From Phoronis australis (Eukaryota > Animalia > Phoronida): 64,000 bases of DNA. Made by a program: the position numbers and the translations under genes. Shown in pieces: positions 25,107 through 38,300 of the stretch (positions are counted from its first letter, which is position 1; every line of letters begins with the position of its first letter). The notes beneath the pieces were generated by a model. The model was not told the DNA's origin and did no database searches. It saw only the letters and a program-made list of their open reading frames with translations. The stretch spans positions 135,390 to 199,389 of the forward strand of contig NMRA01000355.1 in the NCBI GenBank assembly GCA_002633005.1. Direction: 5' to 3'.

Positions 25107-25854
25107 TTATCTCAAATTCCAGTAAGTATTGCTAATTCATCAAAATTTGATGGTATTTCCTTGTATGACAATCAATTCAGTTAAAAAATTAAGGTCGATT
25201 ACACAAATTTTTATTCACGCAACACTTGAATATCGTAATGGAACGTAGTCTATCGAATCAGGAAGGCCTTAATCTCTTCCTCATAGCATATAATTCATAG
25301 TTTTATCGTTGCTTTCACAGTAAAAATATAGCGCAGATGATCACATTGACAACATTGCCAATGTAAGATAGTACGCACAGGTAAAAATTTATGACTGAAA
25401 ATTGACTTCAGTAAGGGTTTGGCAGGCTTCAGAAAAGTCCGGTGCGTTTATTCAAAGATTTTTTGCTCAAGTGTATTGGTTTCGCCCATGGTGCACTCAG
25501 AGTCATGTGACACGTGCACGGGCCTAATAGACGATCACTGAGGTCTGAGCTGTAGGAACGTTTCGCGAGTATTTTCATCTGGCAATTTACTTTATTTTTG
25601 TGTGACTAAATAAAGTATTTCTAATTCATTCTTTTAAAATGACACATTTTCTGTAAAAAATGAATTCATCTGGATTAAACTGCCATGTACATGTAAGTCG
25701 ACACCTAGCGTCCAAAAGCTTCCGAAGATGGGTGCTGTGAGTAGCCGAAACTGTAAATGTACAGCGTTTTTGCTTGGTTGTGTTAATAAGAATTAATCTA
25801 TGTGTTCTCTACCAACCTCATGAAATTATTTAGTGGTAATCTTTTGGGTATAAA

Positions 25855-26511
25855 TTAATCATATGCTTTGTTTACAAAACCTATACAAGAACTTATACCA
25901 TCTTTATGAACACTTACATGCCCAAGACTCGTGTTAGGTTGACCAGCTAAAGTAGGACTAGTTTCCATTTCACTTGTCGAAGGCGCGTTGGAAGGAATGT
26001 GTGCATTATCAGTGTGACGTGAATGGTGATGTCTTGTAGTGTTACCATTCTTACGAGAATGTTGATTTGCAGACGCTGAACCGCACGAATTGCCAACATG
26101 AATGTCATGTCGAACCACGCTGTTAGATGTAGGCTCCACTTGGAAACTCTCGTCCGTGAAGTAAACCCAGCGGCTATTAGAGTTAATGACGTCTCGATTG
26201 CCGTTGACGGGTACTGAACTCCCGTACAACGTGCTCGGAATAGACGGCGATAACTGAGACTTGCGACGATGCACGTTAGTATGAAAGAACTCCACACTAC
26301 TTCGATGTCCGTATCCCGACCTTCGGCGAGCAGAGGAGTGCTTTCTCTGCTTCAACTTGTTGAGAATTGATGGACAGAAGAGCTTGTTCTTCTTATCGTC
26401 TGTGTCTGGCTCATCGCTGTCTGAATAATCTCCAATACCATGCTCACACCAATCAGCTCCCAATATCTCATCTCCAAGGCTCACGCGTAAACCTACAGTT
26501 AAATCGATCGC
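25855..26511 (-). CDS. Amt: Amt gene A exon 7 (AIDLTVGLRVSLGDEILGADWCEHG plus a long low-complexity cytoplasmic tail)
   Basis: Acceptor TTTTGCAG|GCG; conserved LRV..E..GxD..EHG C-terminal region; TAA at 25855-25857. Confidence 0.93.
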   Translation of the reverse strand, partial: AIDLTVGLRVSLGDEILGADWCEHGIGDYSDSDEPDTDDKKNKLFCPSILNKLKQRKHSSARRRSGYGHRSSVEFFHTNVHRRKSQLSPSIPSTLYGSSVPVNGNRDVINSNSRWVYFTDESFQVEPTSNSVVRHDIHVGNSCGSASANQHSRKNGNTTRHHHSRHTDNAHIPSNAPSTSEMETSPTLAGQPNTSLGHVSVHKDGISSCIGFVNKAYD

Positions 26512-29279
26512 CTGCAAAAGACGGTAAACATACATGTATAAGTAAAATCGCCCGTATCTTGTGCTGTGATTATTTAGGTTCGGATGGGTCTTCAGTGAAC
26601 CCCGGTTGAAGACGGCGTTCGCGACAGGACTCCAGCATGACGTGAGAACGACCACATGTACCGTGTTTAGTCTATCAAAGACTTCACTCTTTGATATTTA
26701 TAGCTGCCTTTCTCCCGTGTCATTTCGTACAATAAATCTGCCGGAATTATTCCTCACATTGAATAAGTACGCTCTTTCAACAAAATGTTTCTGACTATAA
26801 TTACACTTTTTGAGAATGGCAATGTTTACCAGCAACAGCATACATGACACCTGTCTGTTTTAAAGCGGCATTAAACCAGTGCTTCCAGTCAAGTTTTGAT
26901 TTATATTACGTGCCGTTATAAAAGCGGTATCAAATCCGAACTCCGATGAGAAATGATTTCCGGGATACCGAAGAATTTTCATTTCTTTATGCTTCCAATG
27001 CCTGAGCTCAACACTTACAAACTTGGTGGGGTGATATAAAGAATTGTCAACTCTTTGCGAGCCCAGATATTGCTTTGAACACGATCGGACTAATTTCATG
27101 AAGATAAGTACATAAGACAAAATTCAATTCGGCCGCACGCACGGGTTTAATGGCCCTTTAATCATATAGACTGCTTACTTTTTGTTGTCGTGATCTCTTG
27201 TCACTAAATCACGTTATGAAATTTCAGTCCCGTAAATTAAACACTTTGCCTCGTTTTGAGATAAGAGGTGAAGTAAAGAGCCCTACATACCTTAAGAATC
27301 AAGTACGAAATCACAGCTGACCACACGGAAATTGCTGCAACCGTTAATGTTTGCACTCCAAACAGGTAGAACCCTCCGCCTTTGAACAAGCCACGTCGAC
27401 CATACGTCAGTGATAAAATGTCCTCCTTTGGAGAAACAAAACCGAACTTGCAAGTAACATTTATAACATACTCCCGCATTGTTATTAAATTTACACAAGT
27501 ATGCTGATGGGAACCCCTAAAATTACCGCACTTGTCCGATTGAAGCCCCCTTATAGGCTGAACGCCTGCACCCGAAGTTTTGAAATGTCCAATTCTAAGC
27601 CACTATGAGCCATCTACTGGGGGAAAGTTTTTTTTTTCACAGGAATATTCCCATGTACAATGCAGCTGCATAGCGTTTAAACTTACTATTGGCGTGCGTT
27701 AAGTAACGCTAGGACCTAACTGTACGCTAGGACCTAACTAAAATATAGCCAGGTCATGTGTTTTCATTTAAAATACACGGCAATATCTCATGTTATCACT
27801 CGAAGTTTTGCTTTTTAGTGAAATCCTAGCGTTACTGAACGGGAGGCTGGATTTCCTCATATAGTCATCACTGCATTTACTTTTTAGACTAACCTCTTGC
27901 CTTAGTTTGATTAACGAACAGTCAGTTTTAGGCGCAGCATGTCGTGAAAACGTTTTCTGCTCGTGCGCATTCAAGTTTTGTCTCATTAAATGATGAAGAC
28001 ATTTGCGTGAGTGAATTGACAGTTCGGGTAAACGCCCAACCCAAAGGCTAATGCTTGACATAAAACCCTCTAACTGATTATTTTCTTGGGCATTTCTGCA
28101 TGTTCATCTCAACAATAATGAAAATCCCTGAACTTTTTGAAGTGCATGCCTTCATGTACATTCATTCGGTTAAAAATGTGGTTAAAACAACATAAAAACG
28201 ATATTTCACACTGTCTCGCGATACACGTGATCCATTTAAACTCTCACCTGGTCGGGAAACAGGCCAGTGCTCAAAATGCCCCAAACGGCGCCCATAAGAT
28301 GCACAGGGATGACCCCTGCCGGATCATCTACTTTCAATTTTTCTAGAAACATGGTTCCTACTACAGCAACGGCTCCACCTATGAACCCAACAACGAACGA
28401 CTCCCAAGGGTCTACTAGCGCACACAGCCCTGGAAGCAAATGGGCAGCGTATGTGATAATCAGCCACCATACATGTATATCACTGCAGTGTACGCGTGCA
28501 CGAAATCGAGGCGAGAGTAGGCTGGACTTTTGGCCTGACCTAACAATGCTTTTTTTGATCTCCACAAGCGTGTATTCTAATGAGTAAAATCTCCACGTAT
28601 ACTATGTGACCGTTGTGCAAGGAAGCACAAAGTAACTCTCAGATCTACGTTTCTGGGTACGAAGGCATCGTCCCGTAAATAACAAACGCTTTTTTGACGG
28701 TTATGAGTAAAAAAGAAATTTCATCGATAACTTGTCTGCGCATGTAGCTTCGTAGCTTACTTCCTACTGTTTGCTGTGAAGTCGGATAACAATGGACAGC
28801 CGTCGTCGTACATTTAAAAACACTTGTTAAATTTGACAAACGTATTTCAAGAGAGGCAGTGAATATAGAGGTGGACCCAAAGAATAAATTTGTCCTTGGA
28901 ATACATTTTTAATTCCCTTAATTACATACAAACAACTTACCGGTTACGCTTACAAGAGATCCCAGAATGGAGTTGATTAAAAATCCGACGTCGAATTTCC
29001 GTTTTTTAACGAAAAAACTGAAAAGAAAGAAATTTGAAAGAAATATCAACGACGCGTTACTGTTAAGATAACAATACCACACAGGCATACCCACACGCAG
29101 TGACATAATTCCCATCAGCTGCAAATAAATTGCAGTGATATCTTGTCACCGAAATCGGATAACTAAAGAGAATTTTGGAAGGTGGTTTGGTCAGATTCTA
29201 ATCATATTTCAGTTACTCGAATAGGTATTTTTTTACCCTGGAAATTAACAATTCTTCAAACGCGGTGTGCATGTGTGTT

Positions 29280-29328
<49 letters not shown>

Positions 29329-32300
29329 ACGTGCGTGCGTGTGTGCAAATACTTGGTCATATACTTTTACAGGGACTGAAAAGACAGCAAACGTCTCGGC
29401 TTTGAGCGCTGTTATCAGACAAGAAATGAGAAAGAATATCGCCTGATATTGACAGTTTCTGTAATTGTTTCATGTTCTAGTCGTAAAGTAGTTTTGTAGT
29501 AGAATATGCCAAATTCATTGGAAAAAACTTTTTAAGGGTTATTCTCAATTTTAAGTACAATGCTGACATCCTCTGGACTGCGTTTCGCAACACACATTAA
29601 ATTTACTCCAATGAACTAAAAATCTCACCCTAACCGCCGGTCTCCTCAGAGACGACCATTGTTCTAACCTGCATTAGTAAGGTGTTGATGTTACACCTGA
29701 AGCACTCAGTTTTCACTCGACTTCCTAGGTTTTGTGTGCTCTTTCTTTATATCCGTTTTTTACCTAAAAATTGCTCTGCAAAAAACCCCTGGTTAGAATC
29801 ACGTGGCTACTAACATATAGCCATTTAGACAATTGTTCTATCAGTTATACGTTTTAAAATTAAAACACCGACAGTTTTTACTTACCTGATACCTAGCCCT
29901 GAAAGTCCACCCGCCATAGACGAACATAAAGTTGTGACGGCAGCTCGCGCAGCAATCTTCCATCTTCCCTGAGAAATACCATAAGTACTTCCGCAATTGA
30001 ACCCAAGCCAGCCCCACCTATCGGGAGGTACAACATTGAATAGTCTGAGTTTTCTTTGTGGCAGGTAATTTCAAGTAGTTTGCATTAATACACCAGTATT
30101 AAGGGGAATTCAAATACGAATGTTAAGAAAAATGACATTGGTTATGGCAAATTGAACAACTTGATCGCAAAACCCTAGTTACATTCGGTACTAAAAATTC
30201 CAAGTAGTTTTCTAATGGACCTACGTTTACAATTCAACTAAAAATAGTAAAATCGAACTAAAACCAGGTTGTTTAAAGTCACTATGGAAACCGACGTCCG
30301 CAATTGACGCCACTTACCACAACATAAACATGCCGAGAAGAGAATTCGTAGGGCATCCCATAGAAAGAGATGATTTTCCATCTTCATCAAATCTGTTATA
30401 CCGTGGTCCAATCATAATGGTCGCCACCAGACCAGTAACTCCACCCACTAAGTGCACTGGCCCCGCTCCTGCCACGTCAACGGCACCGAGCTGTTTCAAC
30501 CAACCGTTTGCAGCCCATATCCAGTGGGCGGGGAAACAGTAGACAAACGTATTTAATAGTGAAAATAACATGTACGCAGACAGCTTCGTCCTTTCTGCCA
30601 TACATCCGGATACAATAGTAGTAGAAGTTGTGGCAAAAGACATTTGGAAAAAGAAAAGCGAATAGAGCCAGCCCATGTCATTGTCCGAAGCCTGTGTGAA
30701 GAAGTGTCCCCAGCCACAGAACGGATTTGAGTACTCTGGATCTTCACCAAATGCAAGTCCAAATCCAACCATCCAAAATGTTATACCGCCGAAGACGACA
30801 TCTACAACATTCTTTATCATGATGTTAACCTCGTTCTTGAGAGATACGCTTCCTGATTCTAACAGTCCAAAACCTGAAATGAGAGCATGACCATCTAAAG
30901 ACACTTTATTGAATATAGTGATTCACCGGGCTACGGTAATGTAAAAATGCAATTTACAGCAAAAAGAACTGTAAGTCAGCACGTATATTCAATAATACTT
31001 AACTGCTGAAAATATAATTTCCACTTCAATTGGTCCATAATAACTCATACATTGATATAGAAACGGAAAGTATTCAGAGCAATTTTATGTTTTATTGTAA
31101 ATTTACATCATTTACCAGCTGGGGTGCATCGAGCCCTATAGTTTTCGATTAAGTTGGATCGAGAACGAAATAGTTAGTCAAGGAAAGAAAATCTTGGACA
31201 AAATGCCTTTTTAACACTTTATGCAACGTCTTACATGCAAGGCGTGGCAAAAATGTTTTCTCGTTCACTTTTGTTCTTGAAAACCGTGTCCTTCTCATAC
31301 ATGTATTTGTGGGATTTCTTTGCACTATTTGATTTTGATGTTATTCTTGGTTTAAGAAGATTTTTCACAAGATGAACATAAAACCAAATAGGTGGCGTTC
31401 TTGTATATTCGCGTTTAAGGTCCTCGCACCTACATGTATATATCCGAAATAAATTGTTTTTCAAAGAAGCTTGTTTATTAAAGCGATTCGCATATACATG
31501 TAGGTGCATGCACCTAATTTTCGTTCACAAGAGCAGCCAAATGTCCTTTGTGCAGGTGCTTGCCTTGCTGTAAATTCAGGCACACGTATTGTCCTCGGCA
31601 AAATCGGCTAACCTTGTCCGTGTGAAACATTCATACTCGACTTTTACTAGGCTCACATGAGTGGCCAAAAACGCAGAAAGTTTCTCTGGCTAAAAGCGGG
31701 CCTACAAACGCTAGCGTTTAAGCCTGGCGGGTGAGTTGTCTACGAAGGGCTAATTTTGGCCAACATTTGGTTTGTTTCCTTACCACAAGGGTATCATTCA
31801 GTAGGGGAGGGGTAAGCGACTGGGCAACGGCTCCAGGCATCCACATCGGGGGCCGGGGGAAGGGCATCGACTCACTTTTCATAACTTTTTAAAATTTTAT
31901 GTTTTGTCTTTTTTGCTATTTTAGTATTATAGTCCATGCAGAGAGAAAGAAAAGCGTGCATTAAAAATCACTCCTGGAGTCATTGAACCTCTGCATGGCA
32001 CTGCTCTGCTTACAGAAGTGCAAGCCGTGAGAAAAACGCTAGTAGTTTTGGGGTAATTCAAACTTCCAGTAACGCGCCAGCAACAGTGACCCTTGTGACC
32101 GTTCACATTACTAGCGTTTTTGCAATTATTATTATTGATGGTGAAAACCCTAGCGTTTTAGCCAGCATATGGACAGGTCATTGGTTTGTTAGCATATATC
32201 CTTTTCTGTCAGGCTCACGACAGCAGAAAAAAGGGCACCGATGTCATGGGCGTCATCACTGAAATAAATAGATGAGAAACAGCTTCATCGCTCACTTGGG

Positions 32301-35300
32301 ACGGGTTAATGTCAGATAATAACTATCACCCAGTTTACATGCTCTATGAAAAGCTTTTAGACATAACTTAAAAACTATGCACAGTGCGAATAAGATTTAG
32401 CTAAAGCCGTTGGAGTTCAATGTACGTTCTCATGTCACGAACCACACTTACAAGCAGGATTGAGGCAGTAACGGTAGTCCTGAAAGCGTTTACAATGATT
32501 GCTTTTGACCACACTACTGCAGTGACATGCAGGTAATACGTGTAGATGACCTTGATCTACTCTAAAAGTACACGTAAAAACACTTGACTCGTATAAATGC
32601 GCAAGTCCTGAACTCTAAAGCAATAAAGTCAAGTCATGTCGTCTCCATATTTCTTCAGTAAGTGTTAAATACACTAAACGGGAGGTACGAGCAAGTTTCA
32701 CAGAATACAAATGCTGGCAAAATAAGTGAACAAACGAATAAAAGCAATAAACAAAAGGCGGCCAACATGAAACTAAAAATAACGGACGTCTAGTTCCCTA
32801 TAGAGACTTGAAGAAATTTGGATATATACACTCCACAGGGTCAGCTGAAACACTTACGAAAGTGATTTTCTATTGGATTGACTGTATGTTATCAAATTGC
32901 CACAACCGTAAATTGGTCGGCCTGTCACGTCTGCTTCGACTACCTTGCCCAAATGTTCTTGAGAAGATATGACAAAATGTTGAGCAGCTTGCAATTACGA
33001 GTTTCGCCCTGTTTACAGTGTTAAGTTAAACGTTCCGAGAGATATTGCAGGTTTCAAAAAACAAAGTTGCCGAGTTACCTTACTGTAGGCAGACCTAGAT
33101 GTGAGACGCTGGTCAAAACTTTTGCTGACTGCAGCGCTGATGAGACCGACGTCACCAGAGTGCGTTGCGTCGATTCTCGATAAGAATATCTGCTGGCAGC
33201 CGACGTCTTTTTAAGTTGGCCTCAAGCGATCGCATTCTGATGTTTTGGCTGTGAAAGTGCTGTCATTTGCCTCTTGATCGGCTTCATACGCCTGTTCCAT
33301 TATTTGTTGATTACCCTTGCGCGCATCCGGAGGGGGCTCGGGGGCTCCTTCGAACCCCCCCCCCCCCCCNNNNNNNNNNNNNNNNNNNNNNNNNNNNNNN
33401 NNNNNNNNNNNNNNNNNNNNNNNNNNNNNNNNNNNNNNNNNNNNNNNNNNNNNGCCTCAGAGAAACACAAAGTCCGAGAAAAAGAGACAAAAGTCCACTG
33501 AAAAGGCACAGACGCACAGTGAAGGTGGAACCCCGTTCTTTTTAGTTCTTCCGCTTTTTTGTCAGCAAAAGGTCCACATCGTCAGAAATTTGACCCCCCC
33601 CCCCATTATAAAGGCTGGGTGCGGGCATTTTATCTCTGTTCAAAGTTTGTGATCAAGATGTCTTGTCGGCATTCTCGCTTTATTCATACACTTCCATTTT
33701 TATGCAAGCCCTTTTGTCGATATTTATTTCTCTGTCCTCACGGTTTCGTCGACGAGGAGGCCATTTTGTTGCTGGAGTGTGCCGTTTTCAAGTTGGCCAA
33801 TCGATTTTAAAGAAAGACACAGGGTGGTCACGTGCCTGGGACTAGTTTGCCGTTTTTGCCTCCTGTTTTTGTTCCACGCAGTTGGGAGCCATAATGGAAC
33901 ATTTTGAAAATTATACTTTTAAACAGTAAATATGATTATTTGTCTGACTTCAGGAAAAGACACCCGTAGAGCATATGTCGTAAAACATATGTTTTCAGAA
34001 AATGAAACTCGTACTCTAGAGACCCGATACATCGGCCACACTGTTATATTGCACTTCAAAGTATCCCCTTGTTCGAAGGAAATTTTATGAACAACTCGGC
34101 ATACTATATCATTGTATTGAGCGAATGTGGTCAGTTGCCGATATTTACTACGTACTATGTTGCCGTGATCATGTATTGGTTCAAACTTCTCAAAATACCT
34201 CCTCTTCGTAGTACCAAGGGCAACCTACGACAATGTGTGTGACTTAGATCGAAATGGTGGGCACTCATGAAATCAGGCTTATACATTGTACTGTCAAATT
34301 ATGGATTCCAAGAAGTTTGGTTAAATCAAGGCGCTGTGAGTGAAAATACTTTGGACATTGAATAAGGGATTGCTATTGGCAAGGATGGAGATAGCGTACC
34401 GAGAATAATTCTAAACTGTGTTTCTAAAATCAATTTAAACGGGAATTGAAACTGAAAGATTTTTTAAGTTTGAATAGACACCGTGCACAAATTATGAACA
34501 TTCTACGTTTTTCGTTGTTCTTTCCACAGTCTGATGATTGAAGTAGGCAGACACTTGAATTTGGATAGGGCAAACGTACTGCGTCCGATCTACACCAGTG
34601 TTGTTGAAGATAAGTTTCATCTCCATCTACGCTGTGATGAATATTCTGAATTGAGATAAAATCATATTAAAGGATATTACTGGAATTTTCCGTCTGTTTT
34701 CAAGTTCGATAGGTTAAATTCAACAAGTGATGGTGCTCAGTTAAACTAGTTAACCTACATGTAACTAAATATATATCATGTTTTCCACTCCGTGACAGCT
34801 TGCTGCACTCTTAGTATGTTACATATTGTTCTCTTGTACAGTGAGCCTATGGCCTTTATAACAGAAGTAAATTGATTGATTGAATTTGCCACAGTCACTT
34901 CAACAGATCAATATCCCTGTGAACATGCCAAAGTTCAAAGTCATCATTATATCAAATCAGGTAATGAACACTTATTGTTACCTGGTGCTCTCAACGCATT
35001 AAAGTTCAAAAGTGAATTGAAATCCACAGTCAAGAGAAATTTAAAGTACTCTTACTCGGAGCCACTTTTAAAGCATGATAGTAATTATACGATTAGATTG
35101 CACGATTTCTTAAAATGGGAGACGATTTCGATTTAATGCCTCGGCTACTTAATTATATACTTGCCTACTTTTAAAGAAGCCATCGTTTTATAACAGTTCA
35201 TTGGATATGAAGGGCCTTTTTATCTTAACTGTTCGATTTTCATATTCCCATGACGTATAGGAGATGGTACACTAAGGTATTGGAAATTGCCTTGACGGGT

Positions 35301-38300
35301 GAGGCTTTTCGATTACCGTGTGTAAAAAGTTATGAAGAGGAAGGAAAGTTGCATTTAATAGTTTATTTATTGAAAAATATATCGACTGACTATTCACACA
35401 CTTCGTGAATCATTCCCAACAACAGACGCATAAAAAACTGTTACAAATAGGCTCATAATGCCAACAAACACCCCGTTCGCGCGAGCCCGGATACTTTTCT
35501 CATGAACTCTGAATTCATTGCACATTTTCTACTTCCAGCATAATTTCGGAGAACTCACTCTTGTTGCTTTCCCATTAGAGAACTTCGTTTTACTGAAACT
35601 TCGCCTTAGGTGTTCTACCTCTGGCCCACGGGGACCCTTGAGGCTGGGGCTTTATGTAAATGAATCGTGCAATAAAATTTGATGACCTGAATTTAGCAGT
35701 TTCCAGTGGTACATGTTGCCGCAATGCACAATGAAGAAAAAAAGAAACAATTCCTCGTGCCTTTCACCAGGAATCTTTTGTCGGAATGTGAGTAAAAAAC
35801 TTCTTTAACACCAACTTTTGTTAGTAACAAACCTCGTAACCGAGCAGTATCAAAATGTTGCCGTAGCGTGCTTGGGAATAAAAAGGAATGGCCACGTGAC
35901 TCAATCAACGACGGATTTGTATGAAGTCAGAAGTGCAATTCTACATGCTTTCTGCTTTCGTGGAATGTGTACTTTTCTTGAGTTAAATTCAATAGATTTC
36001 TTTAGTTTTTCAGTTAGCTGCATTCACATACCTGTCGATAATATCTTATATAACATTCAGTTTTGAACTTGAAATATTGATTTTGACAAGCCGTATAACC
36101 CTTATACTCATCAGGCTCTTCTTGTGAGAGTTTGCAGATACGCGTACCCTTATAGGCAATATTCTGCCATATTACATGTAAACGTACATGTATTAGTCAA
36201 ACATGAATCATCCTGGGAGAGGTTATGTAAAGTTGCCCTCAAACAATTCCCATCAGCCCATAACTATTACATAGGTAGTACCACAAACATGCGGCATATA
36301 TGCATTTTCCAGTTCTTTTGTTACCGTATCGAAGAACATGACTAGACTCACGCACCTCAAACACACCAGAATGTCATCCTTTAAAAGCAGACTTATTAAT
36401 TAGGGAGGCGGGATATCTGTCAGAGGCATGGACAAACATGCGCCATATATATTGCATTATTTCTATGAACGCTTTTGGTTTTCCATTTAAAAAAACATGC
36501 CTAGGACCATGCGCCTTAGGCACACTAAAATATCACTATTTAAACATAGAAGTTATTAATGAGGCAAGTTTATACACGCGGCATGTATAATTCATTTATG
36601 TCGATGAAAGATTTTCGTCACAATGTTCCCAACTCTTCAATGGAGCACTGCAGTTATTGGCTTATTCGCTACATTAGCAAAACAAGCCTGAGTATTAGCA
36701 CTTAGACTTGAAGGGAAAATGACAGGTTCTTCTGAACTTACACAGAGTTGGAGTAGTTCGTAATCCTCCATGTTTTTATTATACAATAGCGCCACCTGTC
36801 AATGTTTGAGCGACTATACATTTATGCACACGATCATACTTCTTGTTTGACAGCTAATACATACATATACTCGCTCTTAGTCTCAATATAGTCTCACATC
36901 TTCAGGGGTGCAGCTGTGAAGCAAAACACCAGAAGACATAACGGAAAAACAAGTTAAATAGTTGCTATATATCGACACCTGACGTCTCATCACCAGGAAA
37001 TAGGTGAAACATACGTAAAATCGAAATAAACACTGACAGCAAGTAAAACTGAGGAGATGCAAGCTGGCAGTGTGGATGTATCACATGGGATATGTACATG
37101 TATAGGGAGCCCACAAGCGTAACGGAACAGGGACAGAGTGAGATATATACATACAAACATACATGCATAAATACATACATGCATACATACATACATACAT
37201 GCATACATACCTACATACATACGTACATACATACGTGCATACATACGTGCATACATACATGCATACATACATGCATACATAAATACATACATGCATGCAT
37301 GCATGCATACATACATACATACAAACATACATGCATATATACATACATGCATACGTACATACATGCATACATACATGCATACATACATGCATACATACGT
37401 ACATACATACGTGCATACTTACGTGCATACATACATGCATACATACATGTATACATAAATACATACATGCATGCATGCATGCATACATACATACATACAT
37501 ACAAACATACATGCATACATACACACATACATGCATACGTACATACATGCATGCATACGTACATACATGCATGCATACGTACATACATGCATGCATACAA
37601 ACATGTACATACAAACATACATAGATACACACACACACATATACATATATACAGTGGTGACCCTAACTCTTTTGTTGATAGCCACATTAGGTCCTAGGAT
37701 TGACTCTCGTGTTAATAGTGAACCTAGCGCTAGTACCACTAAGTTCATGTATAATAAGAAGTGTATGTCTTGTGATTATCTCAGTAACGAACAACTGCTT
37801 AAGGAGATTTCAAGGGATAACGTTAAGGTCGTCAATTCTGTTGATAGATTGAATATTTATTATCAGAATATAAAGTCAGGTAACTTTCTCATGAAAAACA
37901 ACCCCTGTCTGCAAACCGTGAATAATACGCTTGGAACGTCACGCATTTCTAAAGATATGATGAAATTTTCACCGCTCGCTTGTGTCAGGATCAAAGAGAG
38001 CGTGGCACCGGAATCAGGTACAGTTGTAATGACCGCACTGCCCGATGCCAGCAAGACCCATTTAAATGTAATTATCGGACCATTAACTGTATTAGACATC
38101 TCTGACTGTATATAATGGCGAATTTTGAAAATGCATTAACCACCTATTTTCGTTATAAACAAACACCACAGCGGTATTCAACTGGAAAAAGAAAAACCAC
38201 TACGACAGGTACGCTTTTCGATTTTTAAAAATCGATGAACTAATAACCTAAAACCTACAACCGTTGGGTACGACTCAAGATAAACTACTGTACCGCGCGT

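Noticed and set aside
26512-26655. N-terminal part of ORF 25855..26655 as a stand-alone gene
   Set aside because: It is intronic sequence upstream of the exon 7 acceptor; Amt similarity starts at 26511.
36965-38115. Several 100-214 aa ORFs (MYVC/HTYI repeats)
   Set aside because: They are stop-free reading of the (CATA)n satellite and an adjacent repeat.
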